Source: an uncultured bacterium (GTDB taxonomy: Bacteria; Abyssobacteria; SURF-5). Taken from it: DNA of 25,051 bases. The stretch is taken from positions 1 through 25,051 of the forward strand of contig CAZSKP010000057.1 of assembly GCA_964607485.1 (NCBI GenBank), read 5' to 3'. Under the pieces are notes generated by a model. The model did no database searches. It saw nothing but the letters and a program-made list of their open reading frames with translations, and was not told the DNA's origin. The stretch's first letter is position 1, and each line of letters starts with the position of its first letter. Shown one piece after another: positions 1-7,782 of the stretch. The position numbers were made by a program, and so were the translations under genes.

Positions 1-177
1 GTGCAGGCCGCCCTGGTAGAGGAAATCCCCTCTGCCAAGGTGGGGTTCGAGGCAGGAGAAATCGTGGTAAGGTTCGGAGGCTACTGGGCGAATGAGAAGA
101 AAATGATTGCAAAAGTGGACCAAATTGTCGATGAAATAGGAGGCGTGAAAGTCAAGATTCGTTTGATCAGTCCTTAA
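1..177 (+). CDS. C-terminal end of a gene entering from the left (possibly the BON-like tail of a cytidylate kinase-like family protein)
   Basis: Frame 1 is open from base 1 to TAA at 175-177 (VQAALVEEIPSAKVGFEAGEIVVRFGG...VKVKIRLISP*). The product call rests only on resemblance to BON-like C-terminal tails. Confidence 0.5.
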   Translation: MQAALVEEIPSAKVGFEAGEIVVRFGGYWANEKKMIAKVDQIVDEIGGVKVKIRLISP

Positions 178-712
178 GACGCTCTTACCGTTTCCGCATC
201 TTCTTTCCTGTCATAAAAGACCTGCCCGCCCCTCCTCTTGCCGGTTATGGTTCTTCGGGACATTGCATTGACCGGCTCCCGTGAAACTGCCCCATTTGGA
301 ACTGGAGCGATTTCGCGTAGAATGCTCCTTGCTGAAAGGCTCAGGGACGCGATAGATATGTGCTATCCCGGGCAGAAGCTGGACATATTCCTCTGCTCTA
401 TTTAGGTAAAGGTTTCACCAGAATTCTCGTGTTGTTGCCGTCTCCAGAATAGTGTAGATAATGTTCTCAGTTCTTCACTGTCTAAGTCTCATCATTTAAC
501 CGTTTCTTCAGCTTCCTAATGGGAGATGACCTTCATCTTTCAAGGACAAAGGAAGAGGACATAGTCGAGTACTGGCCTTCCTGCAATTCTCGGCATAGGA
601 TAGGAGCTTATGGAAAATCTGGACTTCGTGATATACTCTGGCGGGAGAAAATAAGAGCGGATACGGTAAACGATCAATTGAGACAATAGCTCCATAAACG
701 AAGGAGCGCACG

Positions 713-1915
713 ATGACCAGGGAGAAGAATTTTGATCGAATAGACGAACCGCGCATCATCCGAATTGAATTGACCCCCGTATTTGTCCCGTTCTTTGAAA
801 CCGTGAAGGAGACAATGCAGTCCGGTTCAGGCGGCCTGGGGATGGCAATAGCAGCGGACGAGGCCTGGCTCGGAGGAGACTTCGTTATTTGCAGGCTGGT
901 TGCCGATGACGGGAACACCGGCGTGGGCGAGGCATTTGTCTGGTTGCCCGAGACCGGCGTCTCGCCGGAGCAGATCATAGACGCTGTTCAACAGGCACTC
1001 GGGAGATATGTTCTTGGAGAAAGTCCGTTCAACGTGGAGCGGCTCCGTTACCGTATGGATTGCAATGTAGCCCGAAATGAAGTGGCCAAGGGTCTTCTCG
1101 ACATGGCCTGCTACGATCTCATGGGGCGCATCACGGGAAGACCGGTGAGCGATCTTATTGGCGGATGCGAAGCGGACAAAATACCCCTTGCAGCGCTTAT
1201 CCCTCTGATGAATTTGGATTCAATGATCGACTTTGCGCAATACTTCCACAGCGAAGGAATAAGGACTTTCCGCTTCAAGCTGGGCAACAGCATTTATGAA
1301 GATGCAAAAATCATCCGACAAATGCGCGAAGCCTTGGGCGATGACGTGCGCATGCGCGTCGATTACAATGGAGCATATTCGCCGTCCGACGCGGTTCGTG
1401 CGATCAAAGGGATCGAGCAGTTCGGCATCGATTTCGCCGAGCAGCCCGTCCGAGCGTCGGACTATCTTGGCATGGCATACGTGCAAAAGCACGTCGGGAC
1501 GCCTCTCATGGCGCACGAAGGCTGCTTTTCCTTGCAGGATATTGTCACACTTGTGGAATTGGATGCAGTCGGCGTTGTCGGCATGAACTCTGAACGACCC
1601 GGCGGGATGACAAACGCTCTCCGTGCCGTCACCTACGCCGAACAGCGAGGCATGGGCGTAGTGATTCACAACCAGACGCTCGGCGTCGCTTCCGCGATGC
1701 AAACCCATCTTGCCGCCGCAAGGTATCATTCGCTTGGCCATGCTCCTGAACTCTTCGGGCACATCATGTTTGAGGATGATCTCATCGTTGAGCCGATCGA
1801 TTACACCGGCGGACATGCAATTCTGCCGCGAGGGCCAGGGTGGGGAGTGGATGTGGATGAGGACGCACTCCAGAGATATGCGACAGCGCCGAGAGTCGAG
1901 ATTGAGGTCAAGTAA
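713..1915 (+). CDS. Mandelate racemase/muconate lactonizing enzyme family protein (enolase superfamily)
   Basis: AAGGAG RBS before the ATG. Capping-domain motifs GxTGVGEA and AKGLLDMACYDLMGRITGRPVSDLIGG. Barrel motifs RVDYN, AEQP, MAHE and a C-terminal PxGPGWGVDVD. Confidence 0.9.
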   Translation: MTREKNFDRIDEPRIIRIELTPVFVPFFETVKETMQSGSGGLGMAIAADEAWLGGDFVICRLVADDGNTGVGEAFVWLPETGVSPEQIIDAVQQALGRYVLGESPFNVERLRYRMDCNVARNEVAKGLLDMACYDLMGRITGRPVSDLIGGCEADKIPLAALIPLMNLDSMIDFAQYFHSEGIRTFRFKLGNSIYEDAKIIRQMREALGDDVRMRVDYNGAYSPSDAVRAIKGIEQFGIDFAEQPVRASDYLGMAYVQKHVGTPLMAHEGCFSLQDIVTLVELDAVGVVGMNSERPGGMTNALRAVTYAEQRGMGVVIHNQTLGVASAMQTHLAAARYHSLGHAPELFGHIMFEDDLIVEPIDYTGGHAILPRGPGWGVDVDEDALQRYATAPRVEIEVK

Positions 1916-1994
1916 CCCGGTCTTCCTCTGGACGTGCACAGAGCCGGATGTGATTTGACGAAGAACTAGGGAAAGCTTGGAGGTACCATGAATC

Positions 1995-3620
1995 ATGTCT
2001 GAAAGGACGCAGCTTTATTTTGGAGGCGATATCTACACCGTTGACGAAGCGTATCCCGTGGCGGAAGCGGTGGCTGTGAAAGACGGGCGGATCGTTTCAG
2101 TGGGATCTGAGTCTGAATGCCGATTGGCGCTGGGCAAGAACTACGAATCCTTTGACCTGCAAGGCCGAACACTGCTTCCCGGATTTATAGACACCCACCT
2201 TCATCCTGTGGTGATGATATACTTCGACATGAATATCGACCTGAGGGGCATCACCTCGATAAACGAACTCCAGCAGAAGATGCGCGATTCGGCTCCATCA
2301 GTCCCTTCCGATGCTTGGGTCGTCGGCCTGCAATTTGACGAGCAGGATCTCCGCGAACCGAGATTGCCGACCCGGCATGATCTTGATGTCGCCTGCCCGG
2401 ACCGCCCGGCGATTATCATAAAGCATGACGGACACATGGTCATAGCCAACAGCAAGGCAATTGAGGCCTCCGGGGTTTCAGCCGGCACGGCAGACCCCGA
2501 GGGAGGCCTGATTGACCGCGAGCCCGATGGCAATCCTGTCGGGCCGTTTCGCGAGTCTGCCTCGCAGATAATCCTGAGCGCCATGCCATTGCCCGAAATC
2601 GAGTCGTTAGTCGCCGGAGCGAAAGAAACCTTCGGAAAGTTGGCCTCACACGGAATAACATCAGTGGGTGCCGTGTTGCAAACAGATGAGGAAGGTCCGG
2701 CAGGGTCGTCGGGAGCCTTCGATATAATGGCCATGAGCATGCTACTTGAGCATGTGCCCGTTAGTCTTTATGGAATCCTGATTTCGCGCGACATGGAGAG
2801 AGTCGAGGCCGCTCGTCAGACCGCGCTCCATCAGAAGGAAGTCGGAGGGCATCGAATCGGGGCAATCAAGATTTATTCCGACGGCACGTTTGGCTCCTGC
2901 ACTGCATACATGAGTCAACCCTATACCGACCAGCCGGACAAACAGGGTTTTCTTGTTCACGACAAGGAGGAACTCTATCGCCGCATGGTCCCGGCGCACA
3001 AGGCGGGATTGCAGATCGCCATTCATGCCATAGGCGATTCTGCCAACCGCGCATGCGTTGACCTTTACGACCGGCTGCTTGCCGAATATCCCCGGAGCAA
3101 TCACCGCCACAGGCTGGAACATGCGTCGGTGTTGGATGCCGGTACAATAGCTGACATTGCGCGACTCGGGTTGGTCGTGTCCACGCAGCCTATGTTCATT
3201 CACTCGGAAAAACACTGGCTGCACAAGCGACTCGGTCCGAATCGAACCAAGTGGACGTATCCCTTTCGCGCGCTTCTGGATGCTGGAATAAAGGTTGCGG
3301 GCGCATCGGACGCTCCGGTGGAATCGATAGATGTTCTTCATGCCATCCAATGCTGTGTAACCCGCGAGGGTTTCGAAACCCAACAACGGATCTCGGCCCA
3401 TGAGGCAATTCGAATGTTCACGCTCGATGCCGCTTACGCGCAATTTGAGGAATCGGTCAAGGGCAGCATCAGCGTTGGCAAACGCGCCGATCTGGTTGTC
3501 CTGAGCGAGAATCCTGCCACGGTTCCGTCCGATGAAATCTGCAATATCCGTGTCGAGCGGACCATTTCAGAAGGAAGGGTTGTGTATCAAAGCCCAACTT
3601 GTCGCGGATCATTCCGCTAG
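1995..3620 (+). CDS. Amidohydrolase, YtcJ-like/Amidohydro_3 metal-dependent TIM-barrel hydrolase
   Basis: Motifs PGFIDTHLH, KIYSDG, IHAIGD, RHRLEHA, GASDAPV and KGSISVGKRADLVVL. GGAGG RBS at about 1979-1983. Confidence 0.9.
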   Translation: MSERTQLYFGGDIYTVDEAYPVAEAVAVKDGRIVSVGSESECRLALGKNYESFDLQGRTLLPGFIDTHLHPVVMIYFDMNIDLRGITSINELQQKMRDSAPSVPSDAWVVGLQFDEQDLREPRLPTRHDLDVACPDRPAIIIKHDGHMVIANSKAIEASGVSAGTADPEGGLIDREPDGNPVGPFRESASQIILSAMPLPEIESLVAGAKETFGKLASHGITSVGAVLQTDEEGPAGSSGAFDIMAMSMLLEHVPVSLYGILISRDMERVEAARQTALHQKEVGGHRIGAIKIYSDGTFGSCTAYMSQPYTDQPDKQGFLVHDKEELYRRMVPAHKAGLQIAIHAIGDSANRACVDLYDRLLAEYPRSNHRHRLEHASVLDAGTIADIARLGLVVSTQPMFIHSEKHWLHKRLGPNRTKWTYPFRALLDAGIKVAGASDAPVESIDVLHAIQCCVTREGFETQQRISAHEAIRMFTLDAAYAQFEESVKGSISVGKRADLVVLSENPATVPSDEICNIRVERTISEGRVVYQSPTCRGSFR

Positions 3621-3778
3621 AGAGAATTTGTCTGGAATAACCATCCAAACCGTCACCCATGGGCAAATACCTGGTGAGCACAAGGAATGGAGTGCTGTAT
3701 GTAATAAAGAGCCCTCGACTCTTCCCACCTTCTCGGTCTGCACTCTTAAATTGCTTGCTTCTATGCTGTTCCAATTCC

Positions 3779-5338
3779 TCAGCCGTCGAGGAACCGGCTC
3801 TGCCGGGCATTGAGTGATATCTTCCGCAAATCCTTCTTCAAGACTTTTCCGGCGGCGTTCCGTGGCAATGCCTTCAGGAAGAAGATGCGCTCGGGCTTCT
3901 TGTAGCTGGCGATTCGCTGGCGGCAATACTCGATCAGCTCCTCGGCGGTTGCCTCCCGGGACGGTCTGAGCACAACGGCCGACGCAACGATCTCTCCCCA
4001 TTTCGGGTCGGGAATGCCGAATGCGGCCGCTTCCGCTACCGCCGGATGCGTAACGAGGATGTTCTCGATCTCGAGCGGCGCAATGTTCTCGCCGCCACGA
4101 ATGATCAGGTCTTTCTTGCGCCCGATGATATAGAGGTACCCTTCGTCATCGAAATAGCCCATATCCCCCGTGTGGAACCAGCCGCCGCGCATCGCTTCCT
4201 TGGTTTCCTCTTCTTTGCGCCAGTAGCCTTGCATGACCCCGGCCCCGCGGGCTACAATCTCGCCGCTCTCCCTCTGGCGGAGCTGGTTGTCGTTATCGTC
4301 CACAATTGCCACTTCGATGCCGGGAACCGGACGTCCTACCGATGTAAGCGTGTCGGCCCGGTCGGCTGATGCGTGTGCCGTATGATCGCTCGGCTGCAGC
4401 CACGTGATGGAAGTTTCTGTCAGGCCGTAGCCTTGGATGAACATGCACGGCAGCTTGTCCATGGCTTTGCGAATGAGCGCAGGCGCCGTCGCGGCGCCGC
4501 CGTATACGAGCACCTTGAGGCTCTCGATGTTGTACTTGTCGAGGTTCGGATATTCCACGATCTGCTCGAGCATCGTCGGCACGACGCACGCCATCATCAC
4601 TCCCTCGTCCTGCACTGTCCGCAGGAAGTCCTCGATCTTGAACTGAGGCATCGTAACGAGCATGCCGCCCGACGCGACGGTCTTGACAACGACCTGTATG
4701 CCGGTAATGTGAAACATGGGTACCGCCAAAAGTCCGGTTTTTTCGAGGGATGGGTCGTCGAAGGCCGTTGTTCGACCTTCACAGCGGTCGATAATGTTCT
4801 GATGCGAGTGGAGGACGCCTTTCGGCTTGCCCGTCGTTCCGCTCGAATACAGCAAGAGCGCCGTCACGTTCGCTGAGACATCCGTGTTAGGTTGCTTATC
4901 ATCGACGTCTGAAAGAAGATCGTGAAGCGAGTCCGGATCGCCCGGGAGAGCGTCAATGAGGAGCGTACGTTTTGTCGTATTAATCTCTCTCGTTATCGGC
5001 ATCACTTGGTCGGCATATCGTTTGCCGACTAGTACGACGGAAGGTTCGCAGTCTTTCAACACATAGGCAAGCTCGTCGCCCTTGAGCCGGCAGTTCATTG
5101 GGCAGACCATCGCGCCAAGCCTGGCAGACGCGAACATCGTAAAGGCATGCTCCGGGCAATTCGTGTGAAATATCGCAATCCGGTCGCCCTGCGTTACGCC
5201 GATCGAGGCAAGAGCGTTCGCAAGACGGTTGATCGCCCTCCCGTATTTTGCGTATGTCCACCTCCTGTCGCCGAAGATGAGAGCCAATCTGTCGGGATAC
5301 TCTTTGACTATGCGGTCCAGGTACCGAGCAATTGTCAT
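3779..5338 (-). CDS. Acyl-CoA synthetase (AMP-forming), long-chain-fatty-acid--CoA ligase family
   Basis: YSSGTTGKPKG P-loop, PMFHITG, QGYGLTE, GWFHTGDMG, GRKKDLIIRGGENI and LPRNAAGKVLK. Start moved from 5401 to the ATG at 5338 (MTIARYL), which has a GAGG RBS. Confidence 0.92.
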   Translation of the reverse strand: MTIARYLDRIVKEYPDRLALIFGDRRWTYAKYGRAINRLANALASIGVTQGDRIAIFHTNCPEHAFTMFASARLGAMVCPMNCRLKGDELAYVLKDCEPSVVLVGKRYADQVMPITREINTTKRTLLIDALPGDPDSLHDLLSDVDDKQPNTDVSANVTALLLYSSGTTGKPKGVLHSHQNIIDRCEGRTTAFDDPSLEKTGLLAVPMFHITGIQVVVKTVASGGMLVTMPQFKIEDFLRTVQDEGVMMACVVPTMLEQIVEYPNLDKYNIESLKVLVYGGAATAPALIRKAMDKLPCMFIQGYGLTETSITWLQPSDHTAHASADRADTLTSVGRPVPGIEVAIVDDNDNQLRQRESGEIVARGAGVMQGYWRKEEETKEAMRGGWFHTGDMGYFDDEGYLYIIGRKKDLIIRGGENIAPLEIENILVTHPAVAEAAAFGIPDPKWGEIVASAVVLRPSREATAEELIEYCRQRIASYKKPERIFFLKALPRNAAGKVLKKDLRKISLNARQSRFLDG

Positions 5339-5404
5339 GATCGTCCTCGCTGTTGCTTTTGAGAGAGATGTTCTCCTCGGCTGAATGTATATCGAATACA
5401 AGCT

Positions 5405-5413
5405 ATTATATCA
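5405..5413 (-). promoter_or_regulatory. Extended -10 sigma70 promoter (TGATATAAT) for the minus-strand CoA ligase
   Basis: The reverse complement of attatatca is TGATATAAT, about 70 nt upstream of the ligase start. No good -35 is present. Confidence 0.55.
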
Positions 5414-5544
5414 AAAAACATTGATCCGGAGAGAACACGGAAAGTGACAATACATTGCAGAGCCATGGATCGTACGCGCTTCCTCTCCGCCAGGCGATTC
5501 AATCGTTTCGGGCTTTTCTGTTTCCGATTGGAAATGGATTTTTC

Positions 5545-5573
5545 TTGACATAGACACGGGTGTCGCATATACT
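5545..5573 (+). promoter_or_regulatory. sigma70 promoter for the XRE regulator operon
   Basis: TTGACA (5545-5550), 17-nt spacer, TATACT (5568-5573). The spacer contains the inverted repeat GACAC-GG-GTGTC. Confidence 0.8.
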
Positions 5574-5598
5574 CCTGTTGCAGCGGAGGATCATTAGG

Positions 5599-6195
5599 AT
5601 GGCTGATGGTGCAGTCAAGCGAATCGGTGACAGGCTCATCCGCACCCGCGAATCATTGGGCCTCACCCTCCAGCAACTTTCCAGTATTTCCGGAGTAGCC
5701 CCCAGCACAATTCAAAAGGTAGAAGCAGGCACCATGGTGCCTTCGGTCGCCGTTATGATGAAGATCGCCCGCGGCCTCCGGAAGAAGATCGGTTTTTTTC
5801 TCGACGACGAGGAGGAGAACATCGAGGTGAATCTTGTCCGCAAACAGGAGCGGCAAGAGGCCAAATGCGACAGCAAGAGTTTCTCAGTAACGACGTTGAC
5901 GGGCGACCTACTTAATCCCGAAATGGACGGGTTCACGCTCACGTTGCCTCCCGGTGCGCACAGCGGCGACGAACCACTGCACCATCGTGGTGACGAGATT
6001 GTGTATTGCATCCGTGGACGCATCACATTCACTATCGAGGGGAAACGGTACCGTCTGGGTCCGGGCGACAGCCTGCATTTCAAGTCCGACCTTTCTCATT
6101 ACTGGAAGAATACGGGCGGTTCGAAGGCCGAGTTGTTGATCGTGTGTTCGCTGCCACCACATGTGGAGAAGTCGGTCATACGTGGGAACAAGTGA
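5599..6195 (+). CDS. XRE-family HTH transcriptional regulator with C-terminal cupin domain (PuuR/SutR-like)
   Basis: HTH IGDRLIRTRESLGLTLQQLSSISGVAPSTIQKVEAG and cupin HRGDEIVY...LGPGDSLHFKSDLSHYWKN. Start set at ATG 5599 behind GGAGG (5585-5589). Confidence 0.9.
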   Translation: MADGAVKRIGDRLIRTRESLGLTLQQLSSISGVAPSTIQKVEAGTMVPSVAVMMKIARGLRKKIGFFLDDEEENIEVNLVRKQERQEAKCDSKSFSVTTLTGDLLNPEMDGFTLTLPPGAHSGDEPLHHRGDEIVYCIRGRITFTIEGKRYRLGPGDSLHFKSDLSHYWKNTGGSKAELLIVCSLPPHVEKSVIRGNK

Positions 6196-6453
6196 ACTCC
6201 TGAGTACCGGACCACGAGTCTTGGCCCGCTGACGGCGACGAATAAGAGCCGAAAGAACACGTTTGACGAGATCCAGCACAAAGTGCTCTACACGCCCGAC
6301 GATGTCAAGGACATCGACTACCTGGAGGATATCGGGTTTCCCGGGGACTACCCGTTCACGCGGGGCGTGTATCCCGGTATGTATCGGAAAGCGAAATGGG
6401 GGCTCCGCCAGTACTCAGGCTTCGGGACACCGGAGGATATGAACAAGCGATGA
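6196..6453 (+). pseudogene. Truncated N-terminal fragment of a methylmalonyl-CoA mutase-family large (substrate-binding) subunit
   Basis: Frame 1 reads ...KVLYTPDDVKDIDYLEDIGFPGDYPFTRGVYPGMYRKAKWGLRQYSGFGTPEDMNKR*, matching the GFPGxYPFTRG...RQY(A/S)GFG hallmark. It has no upstream ATG and stops after about 85 codons. It is absent from the ORF track. Confidence 0.85.
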
Positions 6454-6478
6454 GGGAATGAATGGAGGTGGTTGCACG

Positions 6479-6895
6479 GTGTCTGTTCCGCTTCGCGTGC
6501 TCATAGCAAAGCCCGGCCTTGACGGTCACGACAAGGGCGCCCGCATGATTTCCCGCGTGCTTCGCGACGCCTGCATGGAGGTCATCTATACCGGTCTGAA
6601 GCAAACACCCGACCAAATTGTCGCCGCCGCGATTCAGGAAGATGTGCACGTCGTCGGGCTCAGCATCCTGTCCGGAGTGCACCTGGGACTTTCCGAGAAG
6701 GTGATAAGGGAACTGCACGAGAATGACGCCGGCGACAAGATCGTCATCGTCGGCGGATTGATCCTCGAAGATGCCATTTCGAAGCTGAAGGAGCTAGGTG
6801 TGGCGGACGTGTTCCCGTCTGGTATTCCGCTGGACGATATCGTGGAGGCGGTGAAGGCGCTCGGACAGAACGCAGGCGTCGGCTCTCAGGAATAG
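6479..6895 (+). CDS. Cobalamin (B12)-binding domain protein, acyl-CoA mutase small subunit
   Basis: RVLIAKPGLDGHDKGA (DxHxxG), EVIYTGL, VVGLSILSGVH and VIVGG. The GTG at 6479 follows GGAGG (6464-6468). Confidence 0.92.
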   Translation: MSVPLRVLIAKPGLDGHDKGARMISRVLRDACMEVIYTGLKQTPDQIVAAAIQEDVHVVGLSILSGVHLGLSEKVIRELHENDAGDKIVIVGGLILEDAISKLKELGVADVFPSGIPLDDIVEAVKALGQNAGVGSQE

Positions 6896-6918
6896 AGAAA
6901 AGAGAAAAGAGAAAAGAG
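6894..6918. repeat. Short tandem repeat (AGAGAAA) x3.5
   Basis: agagaaa-agagaaa-agagaaa-agag directly after the stop codon of the B12-binding gene. Confidence 0.75.
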
Positions 6919-6939
6919 TAAGGCCCCTCGGAGGATGAT

Positions 6940-7731
6940 ATGTCTGATAGGAACTTCATCATCGAAGAACAAGGTCACATATGCAAGATCACGATCAATC
7001 GCGCTGACAGAAGGAATTCGTTCACGCTGGACATGTGGAAGGAATTCACGGAGACCATGCACGGACTGAACGAAAAAGAAGACATTCGGGTGGTGATCAT
7101 CAGGGGCGCAGGAGACAAAGCGTTCTCATCCGGCATCGATCTCGCAGAACTTGCCTCCACAGGCAGGTCCATTACCGACCCCACGGCATGGGAACAGATC
7201 GGCATCGAGAAGGCCATGCACAGCATCACCGAATTCCGTTATCCCGTCATCGGCATGATCAATGGATATGCAATTGCCGGCGGCTGCGAGCTGGCGCTTC
7301 ACTGTGATATTCAGATCGCCTCCGACACGGCGCGCTTCGCGATGCCGCTCGCAAAGATAGGCCTGATGGTTCCCTTTCCCCTCGCACAGCGCCTGATTAA
7401 CGCCGCGGGCGTCACGTTCGCGCGCGAAATGCTCTATACCGGCAGGATGGTATCGGCCGCCGAAGCACACCGTATAGGCATGATCAACGAAGTAGTTCCC
7501 CAGGCCGACCTCGAAGCCCGCGTGCAGGCTGTCGCCGGAGAAATAGCGGGGAATGCGCCGCTTTCGCTCGAAGGGATGAAGCAAACGTTCGCGCGGTGTT
7601 TCGCCCACGAAAAGGAAATTGCATACGACGACCTGCGCAAGTACATGGCCCGTTGCCTCGCGAGTGAAGACGTCATCGAAGGTGTTTCGGCGTTCTTGCA
7701 GCGTCGCAAACCAGAGTTCAAGGGAAAATGA
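6940..7731 (+). CDS. Enoyl-CoA hydratase/isomerase (crotonase) family protein
   Basis: ITINRADRRNS, GAGDKAFSSGIDL, PVIGMINGYAIAGGCELAL and EGVSAFLQRRKPEFKGK. GGAGG RBS. Confidence 0.92.
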   Translation: MSDRNFIIEEQGHICKITINRADRRNSFTLDMWKEFTETMHGLNEKEDIRVVIIRGAGDKAFSSGIDLAELASTGRSITDPTAWEQIGIEKAMHSITEFRYPVIGMINGYAIAGGCELALHCDIQIASDTARFAMPLAKIGLMVPFPLAQRLINAAGVTFAREMLYTGRMVSAAEAHRIGMINEVVPQADLEARVQAVAGEIAGNAPLSLEGMKQTFARCFAHEKEIAYDDLRKYMARCLASEDVIEGVSAFLQRRKPEFKGK

Positions 7732-7782
7732 GTAAGAGCACGAAAACGTGTTGTTGCCGAACAGGCTTGCAGGAGGTATTCA

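Noticed and set aside
247-405. 52-codon ORF in the 178-712 intergenic gap
   Set aside because: It has no RBS and no recognisable motif. I also could not identify a riboswitch or ncRNA in this gap; an Rfam search would be needed to exclude one.
6193-6195. In-frame TGA as a possible selenocysteine codon
   Set aside because: It is not at a Cys-equivalent catalytic position, I see no convincing bacterial SECIS hairpin, and the regulator is already complete at this point.
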